64,000 bases of DNA. Source: Terrimicrobiaceae bacterium. Its GTDB lineage: Bacteria > Verrucomicrobiota > Verrucomicrobiia > Chthoniobacterales > Terrimicrobiaceae. Of this stretch, positions 39,495-47,725 are shown in pieces. The position numbers and the translations under genes were made by a program. The stretch lies in assembly GCA_041752695.1 (NCBI GenBank), contig JBGSVZ010000038.1, forward strand, positions 32,001 to 96,000, in the 5' to 3' direction. The notes beneath the pieces were generated by a model. It searched no databases and was not told where the DNA came from. It worked only from the letters and a program-made list of their open reading frames with translations. Position 1 is the stretch's first letter. Each line of letters opens with the position of its first letter.

Positions 39495-40564
39495 TCGCCG
39501 ACGACCAGGGTCTCTCGCAGCTCATCGAGCGCCTGGCCCCGTTTCCGCAAATCGCCGTCGATACGGAGGCGGACAGCCTGCATAGCTACTTTGAAAAATT
39601 GTGCCTCGTGCAGATCAGCACGCCCGAGGAGGACTTTCTTGTGGACCCGCTGGCTGGCATTTCGTTGGTGCCGCTCTACGAGGCCCTCGCCGGCAAGCGG
39701 GTGGTTTTTCACGGCGCGGACTACGATCTGAGATTGTTGCACCGGGGAGGGGACTTTTCCGCCAAAGATCTCTTCGACACCATGATCGCCTCGCGCCTGT
39801 GCGGGTATCTGGAGCTTGGTCTGGCGGCGTTAGTGGCGAAATATTTCGACGTCAAACTTTCCAAAGCCTCGCAGAAAGCTAACTGGGGCATGCGTCCGCT
39901 CTCCAAGCAGATGGTGGAATACGCCATGTGCGACACGAAATACCTCATCCCGCTCGCCGCCATCATTGAAGCGGACTTGCATCGTCTGGGACGCTGGGAT
40001 TGGTTCGCGGAATCCCGCGACCGCATGCTGGCCTCCGCGCGGGAACCGCGGGAACGCGACGAAACCAAGGCCTGGAGGATCCCGGGTAGTGCTGCGCTCA
40101 GTCCCCGGGCGCAGTCCGTGCTGCGTGTTCTATGGTATTGGCGCGATGGGGAGGCCCGCGCCTGGGACCGTCCGCCGTTTCATGTCATGAGCAACGACGA
40201 TCTCGTCCGCATCTCCGAGAAAACTGTACGGGGTGAGGCGTATTCGACGCCGCGAATGAGTGGACGCCGCCGCAAAAGTTTCGAGGTGGTGTTGGCCCTC
40301 GCCCTGCACATTCCGGAGAACGAATGGCCCGTCCAACCAAAAATCCGCCGCAAACGTCCCACGCGGGAGGAGACTGAGCGATTTGACCAGTTAAAATCCG
40401 TTCGCGACAAGGCCGCGGCTGAACTCGGGCTGGATCCCTCGATCATTGCCCCGCGCAATGCCTTGGAGGCGGCCTCGCTCGATCTTTCGACGCCCGCCTT
40501 GATGAACTGGCAAAAGGGCCTGCTCGGCCTGCCGATTGCGCCCAAAGCCGTCGATGCCCACTGA
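39491..40564 (+). CDS. rnd: ribonuclease D-like 3'-5' exonuclease with HRDC domain
   Basis: AVDTEADS, LVQIS, FHGADYDL, FDTMIA, W..RPL, YA..D; HRDC WRD..A...DRPP. Confidence 0.88.
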   Translation: MIADDQGLSQLIERLAPFPQIAVDTEADSLHSYFEKLCLVQISTPEEDFLVDPLAGISLVPLYEALAGKRVVFHGADYDLRLLHRGGDFSAKDLFDTMIASRLCGYLELGLAALVAKYFDVKLSKASQKANWGMRPLSKQMVEYAMCDTKYLIPLAAIIEADLHRLGRWDWFAESRDRMLASAREPRERDETKAWRIPGSAALSPRAQSVLRVLWYWRDGEARAWDRPPFHVMSNDDLVRISEKTVRGEAYSTPRMSGRRRKSFEVVLALALHIPENEWPVQPKIRRKRPTREETERFDQLKSVRDKAAAELGLDPSIIAPRNALEAASLDLSTPALMNWQKGLLGLPIAPKAVDAH

Positions 40565-41390
40565 TCTGATCTCTCTGGCCCTGGCCGAGGATATTGGCGG
40601 CGGGGATGTGACCACGGAATTTTTCACTGATCCGAGCCGCCGGGCTGACGCCTCCATCGTGGCCCGGCAGCCGTGTATACTGGCGGGGGGGGCGGTGGCC
40701 GCGGAAGTTTTTCGCCGGGTGGATCCAGAATTGGACATTACCCTTCACCACACCGACGGGGCGGAGTTGGAGCGGGGTGGGGTGGCGATGACGGTCTCCG
40801 GGAAAGCCGCTTCCCTGCTCACGGCGGAACGGACTGCGCTCAATTTTCTGCAACGCCTCTCGGGCGTGGCGACGTCCACGCGTTTGTACGTTTCCGCCGT
40901 GGCGGGAACGGGCGCCCGGATCCTCGACACACGCAAAACGACTCCCGGCTGGCGCTTGCTGGAAAAAGCCGCCGTGGTCGCGGGCGGCGGGGTAAACCAT
41001 CGCATTGGCCTCTACGACATGGTGATGGTCAAAGACAACCATCTCGCCGCCGGAACAAGCCTGTCCGGTTTGCAGGACGCGATCCTTCGCACCCGTGCGG
41101 CCCGGCCGGGCCTTCGCATCGAACTCGAGGCCGACACCCTCGAGCAGGTGCGGGATTTTCTGACCCTCACCGGTGTGGACGTCATCCTGCTCGACAACAT
41201 GCCGCCCGCCGTCCTTCGCGAGGCGGTAGCCATGCGCAAGCCGGGGGTGGTTTTTGAGGCGAGTGGCGGCGTCACGCTGGAAACCATCCGCGCCATCGCC
41301 GAAACTGGCGTGGATTTTATCTCGGTGGGAGCCCTTACCCATTCCGCCGTCGCGGTGGACCTTGCCATGGATCTCACGGAGGCCCATTAG
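40554..41390 (+). CDS. nadC: nicotinate-nucleotide diphosphorylase (carboxylating)
   Basis: ED..GDVT, ERTALN, DTRKTTPG, HR.GL.D, KDNH, LLDN, EASGG, GALTHS. Confidence 0.97.
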   Translation: MPTDLISLALAEDIGGGDVTTEFFTDPSRRADASIVARQPCILAGGAVAAEVFRRVDPELDITLHHTDGAELERGGVAMTVSGKAASLLTAERTALNFLQRLSGVATSTRLYVSAVAGTGARILDTRKTTPGWRLLEKAAVVAGGGVNHRIGLYDMVMVKDNHLAAGTSLSGLQDAILRTRAARPGLRIELEADTLEQVRDFLTLTGVDVILLDNMPPAVLREAVAMRKPGVVFEASGGVTLETIRAIAETGVDFISVGALTHSAVAVDLAMDLTEAH

Positions 41391-41431
41391 GCTGCTGCTT
41401 TGCAAGCTGTGGATTTGTGGTAATCTGGCCC

Positions 41432-42703
41432 ATGCTCAAAACGATCTTCGCCATCCTTTTGCTCACCGCTGTGGGTGGAGTCTCCGCCGAGGAGGAGCCT
41501 GGCAAGCTGCAGATTGACCCTGAATCACCCTACGACAATGTGCAGGTGCTGGCTCGCGCCATGCAACTCATCCGGCAGGACTACGTTAACGAAAAAAAGG
41601 TTTCCTACCGCGATCTGACCTACAGTGCGCTCCGGGGCATGCTTTCCACTCTCGACCCGCACAGCCAGTTTATGGAGCCGACGGATTTTGAGGACATGCA
41701 GGAAGACACTCGCAGTGAGTTTGGCGGCCTCGGCGTGGTCGTGACCATGGAGGATGGGGTGCTCACCGTCGTGAATCCGATGGAGGATACTCCAGGTTCG
41801 GAGGCGGGGATCAAACCCGGTGACCGCATTCTCCGCATCAATGGCCATTCCACGGAAAATCTCACCATTGCGCAGGCGGTCGAGAAACTCCGCGGAGACA
41901 TCGGGGAAAAAGTCACGCTGACCATCCAGCGTCCCTCCAGCAAGGAGATCAAGGACTACACTCTCACGCGCGTCACCATCAAGGTGAAGAGCGTGAAGGA
42001 CGCCCAGATCTTGCCCGACGCCAATGGTATGAAAATCGGGTACGCCCGGATCACGCAATTTAATGAGCCCACTGCTGGAGAACTGGCCAAAACGCTCGAC
42101 CGGTTGGAAAAGGAGGGCATGCAGGCCCTCGTCCTCGACCTGCGGTATAACCCGGGTGGCCTGTTGAGCAGCGCCGTGGATGTAGCGGGGTTGTTTTTGC
42201 CGCACGGCACCAAAGTGGTCTCCACGGAAGGACGTTCGCCCGGACGGGAGTATCGCACGCGATCAAACTACGGAAAGCCCCGCACCTACCCGGTGGTGGT
42301 GTTGGTGAATTTTGCCAGTGCCAGCGGTTCGGAGGTCGTCGCCGGGGCGCTGAAAGATCTCAATCGCGCTGTGATCGTGGGGGAAACCACTTTCGGCAAA
42401 GGCTCCGTGCAAAGCGTGATTTCTTTGCCGGATGGTTCGGCTCTCCGCCTTACGACGCAGAAGTATTACACGCCGAGCCGTCAGGTCATTCACGAGGTCG
42501 GAGTTTCTCCGAACATTCGCGCCACTCTGAATCAACAACAGGAATTTGCTCTCTTGGAAGCGCGGCGGAGCAACGAAGGGCGTCTCACGACCGAGGCCGA
42601 GGATCCGCAACTTTCCCGGGCGCTCGATCTCTTGCGCGGAACTTTGATTTTTTCGGAGCGGCGGCAGCCTCCCAAGGCCCAGCCTGCCGGCCGGGGGTCT
42701 TGA
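41432..42703 (+). CDS. ctpA: S41 C-terminal processing peptidase
   Basis: LDPHS, PDZ domain, DLRYNPGGLL, SASGSE, TFGKGSVQ. Confidence 0.93.
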   Translation: MLKTIFAILLLTAVGGVSAEEEPGKLQIDPESPYDNVQVLARAMQLIRQDYVNEKKVSYRDLTYSALRGMLSTLDPHSQFMEPTDFEDMQEDTRSEFGGLGVVVTMEDGVLTVVNPMEDTPGSEAGIKPGDRILRINGHSTENLTIAQAVEKLRGDIGEKVTLTIQRPSSKEIKDYTLTRVTIKVKSVKDAQILPDANGMKIGYARITQFNEPTAGELAKTLDRLEKEGMQALVLDLRYNPGGLLSSAVDVAGLFLPHGTKVVSTEGRSPGREYRTRSNYGKPRTYPVVVLVNFASASGSEVVAGALKDLNRAVIVGETTFGKGSVQSVISLPDGSALRLTTQKYYTPSRQVIHEVGVSPNIRATLNQQQEFALLEARRSNEGRLTTEAEDPQLSRALDLLRGTLIFSERRQPPKAQPAGRGS

Positions 42704-43707
42704 TCGTTCTGGCCATCGAGACGTCGTGCGACGAGACGGCGGTGGCGATCCTGCGGGGATTCGACGAGGTCCTTGCCCACCGCGTTGCTTCGCAGGCCGA
42801 CCTGCATGCCCGCTATGGGGGAGTCGTGCCCGAGGTGGCCTCGCGCAACCACCTTGTCTTGCTGCCGGCCCTGGTGGAAGCCTGTCTGGAAGAAGCGGAC
42901 ATCCGCCTGGATGAAGTCGATGCCTTCGCCGCCACGACGGGCCCCGGCCTCGCTGCGGCGCTGCTGGTCGGGGCTTCGGCCGCCAAGGGACTCGCCCTGG
43001 GCTCCGGCAAAAGTTTTCTCGCGGTCAATCATTTGGAGGGTCATCTGCTTTCGCCGTTTTTTGGGGAGGCGGAGATTCCCCCGCATCTCGCCCTGATCGT
43101 CAGCGGGGGCCACACGCTACTCTTCGATGTTTCCGGGTATGGTCGCTACCGGCTGCTTGGTCGCACGGTGGACGATGCCGCGGGGGAGGCCTTTGACAAA
43201 GTGGCGAAACTCCTGGGCCTGCCTTATCCCGGCGGGGCCGAAATCGATCGTCTGGCCCGCAGCGGGAACCCCGCACGCTTCGCCTTTCCGCGCAGCATGA
43301 TCGATTCGGGAGATGCGAATTTCAGCTTTAGTGGACTCAAGACTTCCGTGCGCTATTTTCTGGAAAAAGGGTTCTCCCCTGCGGACCTTCCTGATATCTG
43401 CGCCAGTTTTCAAGAGGCGGTGGTGGATGTGCTGGTGGCCAAACTGGCTGGCGCGGCCGCGGGCAGTGGCCGGAAAAAGGTGTCGGTCAGCGGCGGCGTG
43501 AGCGCCAATGCGCGTTTGGTGGAAAAACTTGCCGCCCGCTGCGCGGCGGACGGACGGGAGTTGCTTTTTGCCCCTCCTTCTCTTCGGACCGATAATGCCT
43601 TGATGATTGCCTATGCCGCGGCCCACCGCGGGTCGGAGGCCTCTCCGATCGAGACCGACATCCGGCCCAATTTTGACCCCACGGCACTCGCCTCTGCCGA
43701 AGGTTGA
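42700..43707 (+). CDS. tsaD: tRNA N6-adenosine threonylcarbamoyltransferase
   Basis: IETSCDET, GGVVPEVASRNH, HLEGH, SGGHT, DDAAGEAFDK, SFSGLKT, TDNA. Confidence 0.97.
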   Translation: MIVLAIETSCDETAVAILRGFDEVLAHRVASQADLHARYGGVVPEVASRNHLVLLPALVEACLEEADIRLDEVDAFAATTGPGLAAALLVGASAAKGLALGSGKSFLAVNHLEGHLLSPFFGEAEIPPHLALIVSGGHTLLFDVSGYGRYRLLGRTVDDAAGEAFDKVAKLLGLPYPGGAEIDRLARSGNPARFAFPRSMIDSGDANFSFSGLKTSVRYFLEKGFSPADLPDICASFQEAVVDVLVAKLAGAAAGSGRKKVSVSGGVSANARLVEKLAARCAADGRELLFAPPSLRTDNALMIAYAAAHRGSEASPIETDIRPNFDPTALASAEG

Positions 43708-43739
43708 TATTGGCGCGGACTGTGGGATACTCGCCTCCT

Positions 43740-44177
43740 ATGAAAACGCTCCTCCGTCTTGTTCTCGGCCTTGTCGTTCTGGGTGTGCACGCCGCCTCTG
43801 CGGCGGATTGGATGACCAACTACGACGACGCCCTGGCCCTTGCGGCAAAGCAGGACCGCATGGTGTTGCTCGATTTTACGGGGTCCGATTGGTGCCCTCC
43901 CTGCATGAAACTGCATGAGGATATTTTTGAAAAACCCGAGTTCGCGGCCTTCGCCAAGGAAAAACTCGTTCCCGTGATGCTGGACTTTCCCCGTTCCAAA
44001 AAACTGGATCCGGCGGTTAAGCAACAGAACGAGGACCTGGCGAAAAAGTATGGGGTGAGCGGTTTCCCGACCCTGATTTTGCTGACGCCCCAAGGCAAGG
44101 AGATTGAGCGCAAGGTCGGCTACTTCCCCGGCGGTCCGGCGGCATTTGCCCAATGGGTTGGCGCGGCAGGCAAATAA
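43740..44177 (+). CDS. exported thioredoxin-family protein
   Basis: signal peptide, DFTGSDWCPPC, GFPT. Confidence 0.92.
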   Translation: MKTLLRLVLGLVVLGVHAASAADWMTNYDDALALAAKQDRMVLLDFTGSDWCPPCMKLHEDIFEKPEFAAFAKEKLVPVMLDFPRSKKLDPAVKQQNEDLAKKYGVSGFPTLILLTPQGKEIERKVGYFPGGPAAFAQWVGAAGK

Positions 44178-44234
44178 ATCCCTGAATTCCGGTGGAGGCG
44201 ACCGGCCTCCGCCCCACCAGCCTGCTTAAGAACC

Positions 44235-45971
44235 GTGGCGGAAAATCCCCATCCCACCTCTCCGTGCAAGGTTTTGGTCGTCGAGGACGACCGACCCACG
44301 CGCCTGCTCCTGGAGCGTCTTATTCGTGGCCGGGGACATGAAGTGGTGGGCTGCGAGTCTGCGGAAATGGCGCTCGAAAAACTGCAGGAGGAATTTTTCC
44401 CCCTGATCACACTGGATATTCAACTGCCGGGCATGAGTGGCCTGGAAATGGCGCGACAGCTGCGCTCTCACCCGAGGGGGAGCCACTACTACATCCTGGT
44501 CGGAACGGGGAACAACCGCCCGGAGGATTTGCGCGAAATCCTCGAGGCCGGGGCCGATGATTATATTGGCAAACCGTATAATCCGGGATTGCTCGACGTC
44601 CGGCTGTCCGTCGCAGAAGCGGGTGTGAAGGAGATCGCGAGGCGGAAGCAACTTGAGGAGGAACTCCTCTTTCTCGCCCGTCACGATCCGCTCACCCGCC
44701 TTTACAACCGCAGTCAACTGGATTCCGCACTGGAGTCCGCCATTGAACGCGCGGTGGCGGGAAGCCCGGGGACTGTGCTCTACCTTGATCTGGATAACTT
44801 CAAGATCATCAATGACACGCTCGGGCACGACACCGGCGACAAGCTGCTTATTCAAGTAGCCTCCACCCTCAAGAGCCTGGCCGGGGCCGGGAATTTTCTG
44901 GTGCGTTTCGGGGGCGATGAATTTGTCCTCATCCTCCCTGGCTGTGAACTTTCTGAAGGGGTTCGCCTCGCGGAATCCATCATCGAACGGGTTGAGGAGA
45001 TTGTGTTCATCTCCGAGGGGCGAAAATTCGGGGTGGGAGCCTCCATTGGTGCCGCCACCGTTGGTGCGGGCATGTTGCCGGCGGACATCATGAGTGCGGC
45101 GGACTCTGCTTGTTACGCCGCCAAGGCCCGCGGCCGAAACCGTGTGGAGATTTACCGCCCGGAAACCAGCGAGATGGCCCAACTGATCGCCGACACTGAC
45201 TGGTCGAAACGCATTCGAGACGCCATGCGGGACGGTTCGCTTCAGCTATGGTTTCAGCCGATTGTTTCGATCTCCCAACCCGAGATCATCTACCAGGAAG
45301 TCCTCCTGCGGTATGTCGATCCGCGGTATGACCAGGTGGTTCATCCTGCGATGTTTCTTTCGGCCATGCGGCGCTTTGGGCAGTCGATCCGGCTGGATCG
45401 TTTTGTCATCGCCAAGTCCTTTGAGGCCCTCGCCGCCAATCCGGGACTGGCACTTTCCATCAATATATCCGGAGCTCTGTTTGGCGACGAGGCCTATTGC
45501 GAGTTCGTCGAGAGCATGTTGGAAAACTCCGGAATCGACCCGAAACGCGTCCTCTTCGAGATCACCGAAAACGACCTCATCCCGAACTTGCAGACAGCCT
45601 CCGGCGCGATGAAGCGCCTGCAGCAGGTCGGGTGTCGATTTGGACTGGATGATTTTGGTTCGGGGTTTTCGTCGCTGACCTATCTGAAGTCCCTGCCGAT
45701 TGATTTTCTGAAAATTGAAGGTGCCTTCACGCGGGATCTCGCAAACCAGGAGTTCAATCAGGCAGCGCTGCGGGCAATCTGTATTATTGCGGATGTCCTG
45801 AAGGTGAAGACTGTGGCGGAGTTTGTGGAAACGCAGAGCGAGTTTGACCTGCTGAGGGAGATTGGCATTTCCTACGCCCAGGGCCACTACGTCGCCATTG
45901 CCCGGCAGACGCCTTATGAGATTTCGGAGATTGGCATTTATGCCGGAACTTCGGAAAGCATTATAGTCTGA
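44235..45971 (+). CDS. REC-GGDEF-EAL c-di-GMP signalling protein
   Basis: VEDD/LDIQLPG/KP; DLDNFK..ND..GH, RFGGDEF; EVLLR, EITE, DDFGSG, AEFVE, QG. Confidence 0.95.
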   Translation: MAENPHPTSPCKVLVVEDDRPTRLLLERLIRGRGHEVVGCESAEMALEKLQEEFFPLITLDIQLPGMSGLEMARQLRSHPRGSHYYILVGTGNNRPEDLREILEAGADDYIGKPYNPGLLDVRLSVAEAGVKEIARRKQLEEELLFLARHDPLTRLYNRSQLDSALESAIERAVAGSPGTVLYLDLDNFKIINDTLGHDTGDKLLIQVASTLKSLAGAGNFLVRFGGDEFVLILPGCELSEGVRLAESIIERVEEIVFISEGRKFGVGASIGAATVGAGMLPADIMSAADSACYAAKARGRNRVEIYRPETSEMAQLIADTDWSKRIRDAMRDGSLQLWFQPIVSISQPEIIYQEVLLRYVDPRYDQVVHPAMFLSAMRRFGQSIRLDRFVIAKSFEALAANPGLALSINISGALFGDEAYCEFVESMLENSGIDPKRVLFEITENDLIPNLQTASGAMKRLQQVGCRFGLDDFGSGFSSLTYLKSLPIDFLKIEGAFTRDLANQEFNQAALRAICIIADVLKVKTVAEFVETQSEFDLLREIGISYAQGHYVAIARQTPYEISEIGIYAGTSESIIV

Positions 45972-46007
45972 AGAACCTTTGGAAGATCCCTTCCGACGGG
46001 CAGGCCG

Positions 46008-47555
46008 TTATTTTTGCCGGGAATAAATCATTTTGTCCGCAACGTCGGCCCAGAGGCGGTTGATGCCATCCACGCCCTCCTTAGTGTGGTGTACTCCATC
46101 CTTCGCCAAAGCGGTCGTGTGGTTGGTCCGCGTGTAGGTCCAGTAGTCTGCAAAAGGCATTTGTGTCCGGGGATCGCACGCGTAGGGAGTGGATTCGCGG
46201 CAGAACACATCCACTCCCCCTAGATTGACCGCCAGTGAATTGACGAAAATGTTGTATTTCGAGGGTTCCAGCGTCGAGAGGTCGAGGTATTGAGTCGAAT
46301 ATTCAATGCGCACCGGAACGATGAACAGACCATTGGAATCACAAAGAGACCGGGCCTTCTCTAATTGATCGATCAATCTGGCACCTGAACTCAAGCTGCC
46401 TCGGACTCCCACATCATTGTAGCCGGGTTCCCAGCAGACGATTGTTCCCGTGGGTGTGCTGGTCCCGTTCTCCGGGGATAGCTCCGGAAGAGCCTTATCG
46501 AGCATCGGAAGGGTGTCCTTCATCATTTGTCCGCCCCTCGCGAGGTGCACGACGATGGGGTAGCGATCAGGGTGCTGCTGGCGGACCTGGTCCGAAAACC
46601 AGACGCGGCGATCCTTGTCGCCGCCGCCGGGCATGTCACCCACCACGAGGCTGTCGCCAGTGAAAATCCAATAGTCGTTGCGAAATCCCCGGGGAGCCGA
46701 ACGAAAGACATCCAGCCGACATAGAATGAGATCACTCGGCATGAGTCGCGTGTCGGTGGGCTCTGGCACTTCCTCAGAATCCCCATTGGAGCTGTGCAAG
46801 GCGATCCATTTAGGCTGGCGGTTTGGGATGACAATGATGCCGTCAAGAAGAGCGTTCGTCCCGCTGGCCACTTCCATCCAGCTGCCGTCCTCACCGTCGG
46901 TGGAATCTAAGCTCTCAAAGATTGTGTATTTTTTCAGAGTTCGGACATTTTTATCATTCGACCATTCCTGCGGCCCGCAATCCGTGCGGAAATGGATGAT
47001 GAGGTATTCGGCATCTTTCAGCGAGATAGCTGGGTTGATTTTGATTCTTGCCTGAAAGTCTTTGCGGAGACGGCAGCCGGTTGCGTCCGACCCGTCCACC
47101 AAATTGTCCAGGCTTCCGGAGAGGGGTTTTGCGTCGCATACGATGGGCTGATTTAGAGTGACGCACATGTTTTTTGCAATTTTAACCGGGAAGGAGGTTT
47201 CCTGGGCCGGCTTGATCGTGAAAGCCTGTGCGACATCGGACTGGGCTCCTTCGCTATTCTCATTGACGGCGGCCACTTTGTAAAAATACGGCTTATCCTC
47301 ACTTAGCTTCGTGTGGACCGCGGTCCGATCCGTCACGGTGGCAAAATTGGTGAAGTTTCCATCCTTTTCGGGACTGGTGTACACATTGTAGGACGTGGCG
47401 TCATTCTTCGGGGCGCGATACCAAGCCAGAGTAATGCTGTCGGGAGAGTTTGCCACCATGGCCACCCCGAGCGGGGCGTCGGGTGTGGCCGCTGGTGCTG
47501 CGGAGATGGCAGCCAATGACAAAAATAGAACGGGAAACATGGGAGAGAATCTCAT
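46008..47555 (-). CDS. secreted FN3 + beta-sandwich + SGNH hydrolase
   Basis: signal peptide, FN3 (ITLAW, YNVY, YFYKVAAVN), TGDSL, GYND, DGVH. Confidence 0.8.
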   Translation of the reverse strand: MRFSPMFPVLFLSLAAISAAPAATPDAPLGVAMVANSPDSITLAWYRAPKNDATSYNVYTSPEKDGNFTNFATVTDRTAVHTKLSEDKPYFYKVAAVNENSEGAQSDVAQAFTIKPAQETSFPVKIAKNMCVTLNQPIVCDAKPLSGSLDNLVDGSDATGCRLRKDFQARIKINPAISLKDAEYLIIHFRTDCGPQEWSNDKNVRTLKKYTIFESLDSTDGEDGSWMEVASGTNALLDGIIVIPNRQPKWIALHSSNGDSEEVPEPTDTRLMPSDLILCRLDVFRSAPRGFRNDYWIFTGDSLVVGDMPGGGDKDRRVWFSDQVRQQHPDRYPIVVHLARGGQMMKDTLPMLDKALPELSPENGTSTPTGTIVCWEPGYNDVGVRGSLSSGARLIDQLEKARSLCDSNGLFIVPVRIEYSTQYLDLSTLEPSKYNIFVNSLAVNLGGVDVFCRESTPYACDPRTQMPFADYWTYTRTNHTTALAKDGVHHTKEGVDGINRLWADVADKMIYSRQK

Positions 47556-47725
47556 AACGGTCGAGCTCTCCCTAACTGAGAGCGGGGAGGACTGTCAAAG
47601 TGCGTGAGTGGTCAACGGTTAATCTCCGTAAAAGGAGGCGGTTCGTTGACTTTCCGCGGTGGCAACCTTATTGCAAGGCGTGCTGGCGGCAGAGCGGCGG
47701 CACTCCCCATTTTCTCGTCTATTTT

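Noticed and set aside
44235..45971. Possible degenerate c-di-GMP domains
   Set aside because: GGDEF, EVL and DDFG motifs are essentially intact; this is an ordinary architecture
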